A DNA stretch of 64,000 bases from Nitrososphaerota archaeon (GTDB taxonomy: Archaea > Thermoproteota > Nitrososphaeria_A > Caldarchaeales > Caldarchaeaceae). Below are positions 1 to 8,403 of this stretch, piece by piece. The notes below the pieces were generated by a model. It was given only the letters and a program-made list of their open reading frames with translations. It was not told the DNA's origin and did no database searches. Each line of letters opens with the position of its first letter. Position 1 is the first letter of the stretch. The position numbers were made by a program, and so were the translations under genes. The stretch spans positions 384,001-448,000 of the forward strand of contig JBEPYN010000002.1 in NCBI GenBank assembly GCA_041641305.1. Reading direction: 5' to 3'.

Positions 1-2938
1 TCAGCGGGTACCCTCTGGTTAGTGCTATCCTTAGGCCTGAATCCATTATATGCTTCATATACTTGCCGTCGGGCTTGGCTCTCCTGCGGATGAGGTTGGA
101 TGAGAAGACTGCTAGGGTCACGACAACTATAACAGGCCCTGTTATCTCATCTATTTTGGAGAGTTCGCTGGCCGTTATGACTCGGTAAGGCGCGTCTGAG
201 AGCAGGTTTTTCATGATTTGGTCAGGCAGGGTCGGGGCCTTCGCGACGTCGTCGACGAGGTATGCGGTCCATTTCTGTGGAGTAGCCTTGAGAAGGTCTT
301 GGAGCCTCACCTTGGCCCTAGCCTGCTCAGGCCCCTTCTTCTCGGCCTCAGGTACTGGCTTAGGATGACCGGTCTCTCCTTTCTCACTGATAGTCTCCTC
401 CTCAGCCTGCTCAAGGGCTGCCCTGTATTCGTTTATCGCGAACGGGATTACGGAGCTTAGGCTTGTTATGAAGCTGGCGCGGTCCCCATCTGTTGGGAAC
501 TCGCGTCTCTGCGCCAGCATGTTGGCGGCCCTGTACGCCGCCTTGTCGACGTCAGGTTCATGGGCCACGCTTTCAACAGCCTGCCTCAGCTCATCTTCAT
601 CAACCAGCCCCTCTATGTTGTTTATTATCCACCTCGGTATCTCCCACCGCGGCTTTGTAGCGGCTTTGCTCTCGACTTGTTGTGTGGGCTCTGACTCGGC
701 ACGGCTTTCCACGGTCTCCTGAGTCGGCTTAATCGTCGGGAATTGGACTGGCATGGGCTGGATGATGTGCTCCTGAGCTGGCTTAGATTTTATGGAGTGT
801 GTCTCTTCTGTGTCGCCGACCTCAGGTGGCTTGGATGGTGTTGGCGGCTGCGGATGCTCTGCGGGGGCAGTCGGCGGCTCCTCATGTGTATGTATAGGCG
901 GCTTAGATGTTTCGGGCTTTGGCTGGGGAGGCTGTGGTTGTTGAAGTCGTGGTTTTTCAGAGGTCTCAGCGGTTGCCGGGGACGTGGGCTTAGGTATCCT
1001 CGTCCTAAGCTGCGTCAGCATCTCTCTGAGGTGTCTCCCCTCTGCCGCCGCCTCTTTCGCCAATGCTTGTCTCTCGATTAACGCGCCGCAGCTTATGCAG
1101 TACCTTGTCTTCGGAACCGTTTTGCCGCAGTGTGGACACACCGTGTTAACGGCTTTCTCCTCCTTGACTGGTTTGGGTTTCGATGTCTCAGCCTCCTCCG
1201 TCACTCGCCTTTCTTCGACCTGCTCAACCTCCACCTTGGAGGCATGCCGCAGAAGCCTAGTCCCGCATGATATGCAGTAGGCGCTGCCGGGTCTCACCTT
1301 GGCGCCGCATGACGGGCACCTGTTTGAAAGGATGGTTTCGACGACTTCTTCAACGAGCACCGCGATTGGTTTCGGCGGGTTCTGCATCACGTGTTCGACG
1401 CCTTCCACTCGGAGTTCTTCGGAGAGTTCTTCCAGCTCATGTTCCTGTAAAGCCTTCAGCTCCGGGTCTGTCCACAGTAGTTCTATGTTTCTGTCCGCTG
1501 ACTCGCTGCTGCTTACCACGGACATTTTCTTGACCCATGTGTTCAACACCCGCTGGCTCGCGGGAGCGTATCCCCTGTAGGCCAGCAGGGTTGTCAGGAG
1601 GTGTCCCGCCCACATTCCCTGGTTGAACGCCGTCTTCCTACCCATCGCCTCATACTCGTATATCAGGTAGAGCCGTTGGTGGATATCGCGTGCCGCGTCC
1701 AGCTCCTCGAGCAGCTCCGCCATCGCCCCCTCATCTACGGCCTTTAACAACGCCACCAGAGTCCCGGCAGAGAGCGGCCTGTAACGGTCTATCAGCTCGA
1801 GGAGGAGTTTGTAGCCTTGGCTCGCCCATGCGAGATTTGTTTTCAGCACATCGCTAACCCATTTCTCCTCCACCTCTCTGCGGCTCTTCTCCCTTTTCCG
1901 CGAAGACGTAACCATTCTGTAGACCACGGCTGCCGCGGCTGCGGCGCCTCCTCCACCGACCACAAGCGGCAGGTCGTTGAAGTGTAGTAACCGTGTCGAG
2001 CCTATGGCTATGTAGGGGCAGGGGTTCATTTCCTCGAACACGGCTTCTATGGTCACGAATCCCGCTGGCACGTTTATCGCGACGCTCTCTGTGTAAACGG
2101 CCTCCAGCGCCTTCAGCCCGGTCCACTTCACAAGACGGCCGCAGCCCTCGGGCACGGCCTCCAAGTAGACCGTCGTGTCAGGGGCTATCACACCTTCCCA
2201 GCGAGGAGTTCCCAAAACCTCCCCGGTTATCGGTTTCGTCGATACCACGACCTTGCCCGGTCCTCTAGCGATGACGGATAGGTAGGCAAAGTCTATTAGC
2301 TGGGGCGGTGGGCTGGAGCCTTTTCTCTCGGCTGAGAGCGTGAGCGTGCTGTTCTCCTCTGCCGTGAATATGTATACCTCGCTTTTTGACACGGCCTTGT
2401 CGCCCTGCATCCACCCCGCTATGTAGCACTCCTGTGCAGGGGTGGCTGATAGCTCTGCTTGGCTCCCCTTTCTCCACGGCCCGGCTATATATGAGCCGTT
2501 GACATAATTGACAGGCGCGTTTGCGGTCACGTTGGCGACGCAGCCGGGGTTGGTAGGGGTGATTGTTACGTAGACCGGCGGAGGCCTGCTGTATGCAAAA
2601 GTTATCCTAACAACGTTAACTCCTTTCTTCATGACTACGTCGACGTAGAGTTTGCCCGCCTCTATGAACGGGCTGCGGGCCAGCTCCCCCTCTACAGAGG
2701 CTCTGCAGCTAAGGTCTTTGAGCTGGATTATTATCGAGGCGAGGGCGCCGCTGGATGCGGCGACGTATCTGCCGGGCTCGGCCGGCGTCAACATGTTGCC
2801 GTCCACCACCACGTTTGCCACACATTCGGGCTCGTTGATTATTATCTCCAGCGATGTTTCCTGTGCATGGGATGGGAAGGTTATTACTGGGGCGGCTGCT
2901 AGGATGAGTGTTAGAAGCATTAGAAATATTCTATACAT
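1..2938 (-). CDS. Large bitopic membrane protein (>979 aa, runs off the window start): signal peptide, extracellular beta-rich InlB-B-repeat-like region, TM helix, cytoplasmic double zinc ribbon and Pro/Glu-rich linker
   Basis: Not in the ORF track; translated by hand as an open frame from ATG 2938 (MYRIFLMLLTLILAAAPVITFPSHAQ) to position 1. TM LPLVVGGGGAAAAAAVVY followed by RKREKSRR; zinc ribbons CPSCGAKVRPGSAYCISCG and CPHCGKTVPKTRYCISCG. Start overlaps the stop of the FtsZ-like gene. Confidence 0.85.
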   Translation of the reverse strand, partial: MYRIFLMLLTLILAAAPVITFPSHAQETSLEIIINEPECVANVVVDGNMLTPAEPGRYVAASSGALASIIIQLKDLSCRASVEGELARSPFIEAGKLYVDVVMKKGVNVVRITFAYSRPPPVYVTITPTNPGCVANVTANAPVNYVNGSYIAGPWRKGSQAELSATPAQECYIAGWMQGDKAVSKSEVYIFTAEENSTLTLSAERKGSSPPPQLIDFAYLSVIARGPGKVVVSTKPITGEVLGTPRWEGVIAPDTTVYLEAVPEGCGRLVKWTGLKALEAVYTESVAINVPAGFVTIEAVFEEMNPCPYIAIGSTRLLHFNDLPLVVGGGGAAAAAAVVYRMVTSSRKREKSRREVEEKWVSDVLKTNLAWASQGYKLLLELIDRYRPLSAGTLVALLKAVDEGAMAELLEELDAARDIHQRLYLIYEYEAMGRKTAFNQGMWAGHLLTTLLAYRGYAPASQRVLNTWVKKMSVVSSSESADRNIELLWTDPELKALQEHELEELSEELRVEGVEHVMQNPPKPIAVLVEEVVETILSNRCPSCGAKVRPGSAYCISCGTRLLRHASKVEVEQVEERRVTEEAETSKPKPVKEEKAVNTVCPHCGKTVPKTRYCISCGALIERQALAKEAAAEGRHLREMLTQLRTRIPKPTSPATAETSEKPRLQQPQPPQPKPETSKPPIHTHEEPPTAPAEHPQPPTPSKPPEVGDTEETHSIKSKPAQEHIIQPMPVQFPTIKPTQETVESRAESEPTQQVESKAATKPRWEIPRWIINNIEGLVDEDELRQAVESVAHEPDVDKAAYRAANMLAQRREFPTDGDRASFITSLSSVIPFAINEYRAALEQAEEETISEKGETGHPKPVPEAEKKGPEQARAKVRLQDLLKATPQKWTAYLVDDVAKAPTLPDQIMKNLLSDAPYRVITASELSKIDEITGPVIVVVTLAVFSSNLIRRRAKPDGKYMKHIMDSGLRIALTRGYPL

Positions 2939-3947
2939 AGAGCCTCGCGCCTCCAATAAGTACTGTTACGCTTGTCTTCTCGGCGTCAGGCCTCTTGGCT
3001 AGTAGCGTCTTCATTTCCTTGACCTCTGCTCCAAGAATCGTGGAGAGCTGGCCGGGTATTGCTTCTATGTGTTGTGGCGACATGGTTCCTTTTCCGGTTT
3101 CGATGAAGGCAATGACTCCTAGGCTTCCGCGGCCCCGTACGACGGAGACTAGGGAGCTGGAGTTGTGTTGGGATAGGCTGTGTATCTCGTCGGGTGTAGG
3201 TAGGAGCCACTGCATGGCTAAGACGAGCCCACGCAGCATTCTTCGCAGGTCGCTGCTGTCGATGTCTGTTATCGACCTGCCGCTGCTCATTGTTCGGAGG
3301 AGCGTGGACAATGGTTTAAGCATCTTCTCGTTTACTGTATTCAGCGCCTTGGTGATGTCGATGCTTTGTATCTCTTGGATGAGGTATGAGTTGCTCGCCG
3401 GGATGACCGGAGCATGTTTAGCCGCCTCCTCAAGCGCCTTCACAGCCCGTTTATACGTCTCTCTCCCCTCCCATGGGAAGGGAAGGGTACATATCCCGAG
3501 GATGCATGAACTGGGGTAGTGTTTGACGAGGTCCTGTATCAGGGCTGGTCCCGCGCCCGAGCCGCAGCCGAAGCCAGCCGTGAATATGACTGGTATCAGG
3601 TCTATTCTCTCCATTCCCTTCTCCTCCGCAACTTTCTTCGGCAGCTCAATTATCGCCCTGCGCGAGGGGTGGTCGAGATAATCTCTTCTACCCTTGTCAG
3701 GGTTCATCCCGCTTCCGGTTCCGTCTCCGATGACGTAAAGGTGTTTGTCGACGTAGGCTCTGAGCCTCTCTATGTCTGCTCTGCTGCTGCTTATGCAGAC
3801 GGGCTCGGTGGCTGGAAGCGTGTTTAGGAGGCGCCTGCCGCCGGGGGCGACCCCTTTCACAAGGACTGCCGCGAGCTTGCTTCCACCGCTTCCAACTCCG
3901 TAAACGACGGGAATGGTTAGAGGTTGGTGTGTTTCTCCAATGCTCAT
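2931..3947 (-). CDS. Divergent FtsZ/tubulin-superfamily GTPase
   Basis: T1 loop VYGVGSGGSKL, T3-like GTGSGMNPDKGR, T4 signature variant AGFGCGSGAGP (canonical GGGTGTG), T5 LPFPWEG, T7-like DIDSSDLRRML; 338 aa. Confidence 0.85.
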   Translation of the reverse strand: MSIGETHQPLTIPVVYGVGSGGSKLAAVLVKGVAPGGRRLLNTLPATEPVCISSSRADIERLRAYVDKHLYVIGDGTGSGMNPDKGRRDYLDHPSRRAIIELPKKVAEEKGMERIDLIPVIFTAGFGCGSGAGPALIQDLVKHYPSSCILGICTLPFPWEGRETYKRAVKALEEAAKHAPVIPASNSYLIQEIQSIDITKALNTVNEKMLKPLSTLLRTMSSGRSITDIDSSDLRRMLRGLVLAMQWLLPTPDEIHSLSQHNSSSLVSVVRGRGSLGVIAFIETGKGTMSPQHIEAIPGQLSTILGAEVKEMKTLLAKRPDAEKTSVTVLIGGARLYV

Positions 3948-4228
3948 TCGTCGAGCACCTCCATTAACTTGAGAAACGCCTCCAAGTGACCTTGGTAACC
4001 ATCCCTATACATCATCTCGGCCGCTTTCCTGAGAATATGGGAAGCGATGACGTGGGCTGTGAAGGGACGGCTCCGCTCTTCGTTGAAGAAGTGTTTTATC
4101 CGGGTTACCGCTTCCTCGGGCTTGGTGTGCTCCGTGATGTAAAGTATGTCTGGGAGCTTTGGGTAGATGCTTCTACATGCCTCGGCTATGTATGATGATA
4201 GGATGTTTTCATGCACCGGCTTCTGCAT
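3944..4228 (-). CDS. Hypothetical protein (94 aa), overlapping its neighbours between the membrane protein and the FtsZ-like gene
   Basis: ORF overlaps both neighbours; helical, charged composition. Confidence 0.6.
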   Translation of the reverse strand: MQKPVHENILSSYIAEACRSIYPKLPDILYITEHTKPEEAVTRIKHFFNEERSRPFTAHVIASHILRKAAEMMYRDGYQGHLEAFLKLMEVLDE

Positions 4229-6557
4229 GCAGGCTCACCCCCAGCTTCTGGAGCTTGTTGAGGAAGTTTCTCCAAGCGGCTTCGGGGTTGCCGCCGGAGG
4301 TCACCTGTCTATAGGCTGTGACGTAGAGGTCTCTGGCCTCGCCGTAGCTCATGCCGTTGACAATCTTCTTCGCTATCTCGGCCTCGAAGCCTGGGAAGGT
4401 TTGCCTGAACTCTATCGCCCAAATGCTGTCGAGCGCAAGTTCTGGCGGCGCCCCCTCCTCCAGCATCTCTATGAACGAGGTCACCGTCGCCGAGCCTCTG
4501 AACATCTCCGCCATGTTTACAAGCTCGGTGAACTGGCTGTAGTCAAGTCTCTGCAGCAGGTTCTTCTCCGCGAGCAGGCTAGCCACTATGGCCGGCGTCT
4601 TCGAGCTCGGTATCGGCGGGAAAGTTATCTCGCCTTTTTTGCCGAGGGCTACGATGAGCAGGCGAGCTGACGCGGCTGCTTGCGCAAGCCACGGCGAGCC
4701 ACGTGTCTCGATGACCACTGTGTCGGCACCCTTAGCCAGCTTCTTCAGCTCGGTTGCGGCGGCGTCGGGGCTTGGTGGAAGCACTATGTTTCCTATGAAG
4801 GCGGCTTTTCTCCCCGCTTCTCTGAGAGCCTGTTCAACAGCTCTGCGGGTCAGAAGCTGGTCTCCCACTGCCACGGTTATCAGGCCTACCTTGACACTGC
4901 TCGCAAGCCTCTGAAGCTGCTTAGCCTCTCTCATGTATATGGCCGGCTTCTCGTCCGGTTCAAGCTTCACGTATCCCTCGGCGACTGCGTTGAAGATGTT
5001 CTCGTCGAACCGGGTTAGCTGGAGAAGCGACGAGGGCGCTGTTATCCGCCTATGCCTCTCGACAGCAACCTTCTCCAGCTCCTCGACTTTATCGAGTGTC
5101 TCCAGCTCCTCCTCGGCGAGAGCTGTCTCCTCCTCGTCCGGCTCGCCCTCTTCAACGGGGTTCACCAGATTGACGTTGTCCATCATCTCAGCCAACGGCT
5201 CAGGCGCCTTGAACACCGCTGAGGCGGGCGGCTCGTTGCCCACTTCGATAATCTGTATAGCTGGTGGTCCTCTGTCAATTATGGGTGCGATGCGGCGCCT
5301 CAGCCCGGCAGCCGTCCTCACCCCGCCGGCCACCGCTGCGCGTAGACTGCTTGCCGAGGTTTTTCTCGCGAATATGTAGGAGCCTGCGGCTGCTGATGCG
5401 AATATGGCTATGGGCGACGCCAGCGCGAGGGGATATGGTAGTGTCATGGGCTGTGGGTGGAGCAGAGCCAGTATCCTGTAGCCCGCCTCCGCGAGGCTGT
5501 AGAGGGCTTCGCCGACGACGGGTATGTTCAGTAACGCGGCGTGTCCCTTCGGCTTATACATGAGGGTTATGTAGAGCGGTTTCTCTAGCTTAGCAACCAC
5601 GGTCTCCATCTCCTGTGAAGAGGGTGTGAACAGCCTGTCTCCAACCGATACAGCGGACATGTAGGCCTCCTTCATCGCCGTTGGAGCCTCTACCACGACG
5701 GTCTTCCCCTCTCTATCAATCAGCTTGATTTGGGAGGCTATCACCAGCTCTTTGCCGTTGACGATTACAGAGACCGGCACGGGGGAATCGGCCTCGAGGA
5801 TGTAGGGGACGTATGTGTAGTAGACCGGCTCGATGAGGCTGAGCAGGGGCTCGGGCACGGGCTGGATAGGCAGCGTAACGTTGTATCCCATTATCCTGAT
5901 GGCCTCGGCTCTTTGCACACGTCCATCCGGGAGCTGGATATCGGGGAAGACCGGTCTCTTGAACAGGTAGAGCGGATAGTACTCGTCTAGGAATTTCCTG
6001 TAGGCGTAGAAGTTGGCGACGAGGGTTATGCTCTTGTTCACTTTCATGGATGAGGTTGGCGAGTCTATCCTCAGCCCGTCTGGTCCCTCCCAGTAGAGAA
6101 AGATGTACTTCATGTCGCCTTCGAGCACCTCTCTCTGCACGCTGAACTCGACTGTTTCGCCGGGCCTGACTATCCTCGGCTTAGGCAGGTTCAGCATGGT
6201 AGACGATATGTTGGCCGCGAACGCCACGTACAGCCTCGGTATAACGCTGCCGTTTTCCCTGTAAAGCCTCTCGAAGACCGCGACAGCCTCGATGTTGCCG
6301 AAGACGTAGAAGGTGAACGGGTTGGCAGACACTTCTCTGGGAAGCCCGCCTCCAGAGAAAACCCACTTGGAGAACCGGCACTCGGTCGTCGGCCTCGCCT
6401 CAATCGTCGCCTGCACACCCTCTCTGTAGAGCCCGGCTCCGATGAGGGCGGCGGCGCACTCCGCCGGCGACGCTGAAAGGCTGACGCTGTACTGAGCCTC
6501 TTGCGCAGGTGACAGGGCCGTCGCAATCAGTAGAAGCACCAGCATAACATGTATCAT
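4209..6557 (-). CDS. Large bitopic membrane protein: signal peptide, InlB-B-repeat-like extracellular domains, TM, acidic cytoplasmic domain
   Basis: N-terminal hydrophobic signal; repeats such as IEARPTTECRFSKW...AVF and YIFLYWEG...LVANF; TM PIAIFASAAAGSYIF-ARK; 782 aa. Confidence 0.75.
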   Translation of the reverse strand: MIHVMLVLLLIATALSPAQEAQYSVSLSASPAECAAALIGAGLYREGVQATIEARPTTECRFSKWVFSGGGLPREVSANPFTFYVFGNIEAVAVFERLYRENGSVIPRLYVAFAANISSTMLNLPKPRIVRPGETVEFSVQREVLEGDMKYIFLYWEGPDGLRIDSPTSSMKVNKSITLVANFYAYRKFLDEYYPLYLFKRPVFPDIQLPDGRVQRAEAIRIMGYNVTLPIQPVPEPLLSLIEPVYYTYVPYILEADSPVPVSVIVNGKELVIASQIKLIDREGKTVVVEAPTAMKEAYMSAVSVGDRLFTPSSQEMETVVAKLEKPLYITLMYKPKGHAALLNIPVVGEALYSLAEAGYRILALLHPQPMTLPYPLALASPIAIFASAAAGSYIFARKTSASSLRAAVAGGVRTAAGLRRRIAPIIDRGPPAIQIIEVGNEPPASAVFKAPEPLAEMMDNVNLVNPVEEGEPDEEETALAEEELETLDKVEELEKVAVERHRRITAPSSLLQLTRFDENIFNAVAEGYVKLEPDEKPAIYMREAKQLQRLASSVKVGLITVAVGDQLLTRRAVEQALREAGRKAAFIGNIVLPPSPDAAATELKKLAKGADTVVIETRGSPWLAQAAASARLLIVALGKKGEITFPPIPSSKTPAIVASLLAEKNLLQRLDYSQFTELVNMAEMFRGSATVTSFIEMLEEGAPPELALDSIWAIEFRQTFPGFEAEIAKKIVNGMSYGEARDLYVTAYRQVTSGGNPEAAWRNFLNKLQKLGVSLHAEAGA

Positions 6558-6564
6558 CGCCGCG

Positions 6565-8403
6565 TCACCCGTAGTGGAAGATGCTCATCATGGAGTTGCC
6601 CACCGGCACTATGGCGTAGTAGCTGGCGGCGGTCACCAGCATCGCCACAGCTATCCTCAGCATGTTGTAGGGATGTCCGTCGACGGCCCGTCCTATTATC
6701 AGCATGTAGAACAGGGTACCCATGGCTATCATCACCATCCCGGCGTCGGCCATCATCATCATTTCCTCGGGGGTTGTCTGGGCTAGGCCTATTCCTGCTC
6801 CTGCGCCGCCGGCGATGGCGGCTCCCTCGCTCGGTATCTGGAGTATTGAGCCAAGGTTCGCGATTGGCAGAACCATCCCTATCGTGACAGCGGTTATCAG
6901 CGGCATGGCGAGGGCCAGCCATTTGAAGGGCGAGAGCCTGCCCACCATCTTCTCCCTCGCGAGGCTGTAGCCTCTGAGCAGCTCCACCAGCTTGTCCATC
7001 AGGTAGGGGCTGCCGCCGCCCGAGAGGTTTATGCTGTGTAGCAGGAACAGCGATATTCTGAGGAGCCAGCTCCGCGTGATGCCCGCGCCCGCCTCCCAGA
7101 TAGTGAACCCCATCGACATACGCGCCACTATTGCGTCGAGTATTTTCTTGAACTCAGGCGCATACCTGTGTCCTGCTGTCTTGAGGATGGCTGTTGACGG
7201 AGGGTTCCCCAGTCTCCTGAACTCGGTCACGTCCTTGAGCCAGCGGCGGGACTCCGTGTCGCATGCCTTGAGCTCCTTTATCAAAGGCCTCATCTGTATA
7301 TACACGCCTATACACGCCGCGGCGAGGGGTATGGTGAACATAAGCGTCATCGGGGCCTTTGCGAGCATGAGTGGGGGAAGCGTGGCCACAGCCATGGCTG
7401 CGCCAAACGCTACGGCTTTCGGTGTCAGCTTGATGTCGTCGAGATGCTTCGGGCTCTTGCTCCTCACGAAGAAGTACATTAGCATGCCGACCATGGGGAT
7501 TAGCCCGACTGTCATGAACGTGACGAGGGGAGCGGCCTGCGCCGGGCTTGTGACCGCTGTGAGCACTATGCCCATGGGGAGGAGGAGCAGAAGTATTATG
7601 AACGCCTCCATCACCGCTGACACGGTTGTCGCGAAGCGGTCGTATTTTTCCTCGAGGCTTTTAAGCAGCTCCGTCGCCCTGTCCTCCAGCACCGACACCA
7701 TGCTTCCACCCATCCGCCAGACGCTGGTGGCCGCGAACACTAGGTTCTGGAACCCATCGTGGGGGTGTGAGGAGGCGTGGACCTCTAAGCTCTCTATCAC
7801 GCCTCTGCCGGTGAGCTCGGCCATTCTCTGAACATCCTCGGCCTCCTGCGACATCTGGCTGAAGAGACGTTTACCGGTTTTGGTCAACAGCTTCATGCTA
7901 GCGTAAAGCGTGAGCCCGCAGTGTGCTAGAATCGAGGAATATACTGCGAAAAACGGGAGCTCCCACTCGGTCTTCTCCTTCCTCTCACTCGCTTTGCTTC
8001 TGAGAAGTAGCTGATTCATTCCTGCTACTGAGAGGGGTGCAGCGGCTAGGGATGCCAGCAGCATGTGCGGCCCAGGCCCGGCTATGAATAGCGTGTATAT
8101 GCATGCCGCGGCTATGGCTGCCGCGAGGGCTGTTGCCGAGGCTAGGTGGGCGGCCATCTCCTCCGCGACGTCGTAGGGGATGCGCTTCAGCCCCGCCTTC
8201 TCGCAGAGCGTCGTCGCCGTACGCAGAAGCTTCTCCGAAAGCCGGGGAACCGCGGCTGAGCCTGCGGCCACTGCTGCGAAGAAGAGCGGGATGGGTAGCA
8301 GGTATTCCGGGCCGCCGGGGCCAAGTATCTCCATGTAGATTATCCATATGGCGGCTGCGGCTGCTGCAACGATGAGGTAGATTATGCGTGGACTCATCTC
8401 CAA
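6565..8403 (-). CDS. Type IV pilus/type II secretion system F-family membrane platform (TadC/FlaJ-like)
   Basis: 612-aa polytopic protein with two T2SSF-like halves (ELPFFAVY..SIL..G; GGSMVSVLE; GGGSPYLMDKL); directly downstream of the secretion ATPase. Confidence 0.85.
   Translation of the reverse strand: MEMSPRIIYLIVAAAAAAIWIIYMEILGPGGPEYLLPIPLFFAAVAAGSAAVPRLSEKLLRTATTLCEKAGLKRIPYDVAEEMAAHLASATALAAAIAAACIYTLFIAGPGPHMLLASLAAAPLSVAGMNQLLLRSKASERKEKTEWELPFFAVYSSILAHCGLTLYASMKLLTKTGKRLFSQMSQEAEDVQRMAELTGRGVIESLEVHASSHPHDGFQNLVFAATSVWRMGGSMVSVLEDRATELLKSLEEKYDRFATTVSAVMEAFIILLLLLPMGIVLTAVTSPAQAAPLVTFMTVGLIPMVGMLMYFFVRSKSPKHLDDIKLTPKAVAFGAAMAVATLPPLMLAKAPMTLMFTIPLAAACIGVYIQMRPLIKELKACDTESRRWLKDVTEFRRLGNPPSTAILKTAGHRYAPEFKKILDAIVARMSMGFTIWEAGAGITRSWLLRISLFLLHSINLSGGGSPYLMDKLVELLRGYSLAREKMVGRLSPFKWLALAMPLITAVTIGMVLPIANLGSILQIPSEGAAIAGGAGAGIGLAQTTPEEMMMMADAGMVMIAMGTLFYMLIIGRAVDGHPYNMLRIAVAMLVTAASYYAIVPVGNSMMSIFHYG

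Noticed and set aside
2787-2800. GTCAACATGTTGCC (and GTCAACGCTTTGAC at 58021) as motif copies
   Set aside because: Each has an arm mismatch and lies in a CDS; kept only as near-matches and not counted.
218-3002. Short track ORFs in the first 3 kb
   Set aside because: Shadows of the long minus-strand ORF 2938 to <1.
2931-3947. Calling the gene canonical ftsZ
   Set aside because: Diverged signature loop, no C-terminal tail, and a pilus-operon context rather than a division cluster.
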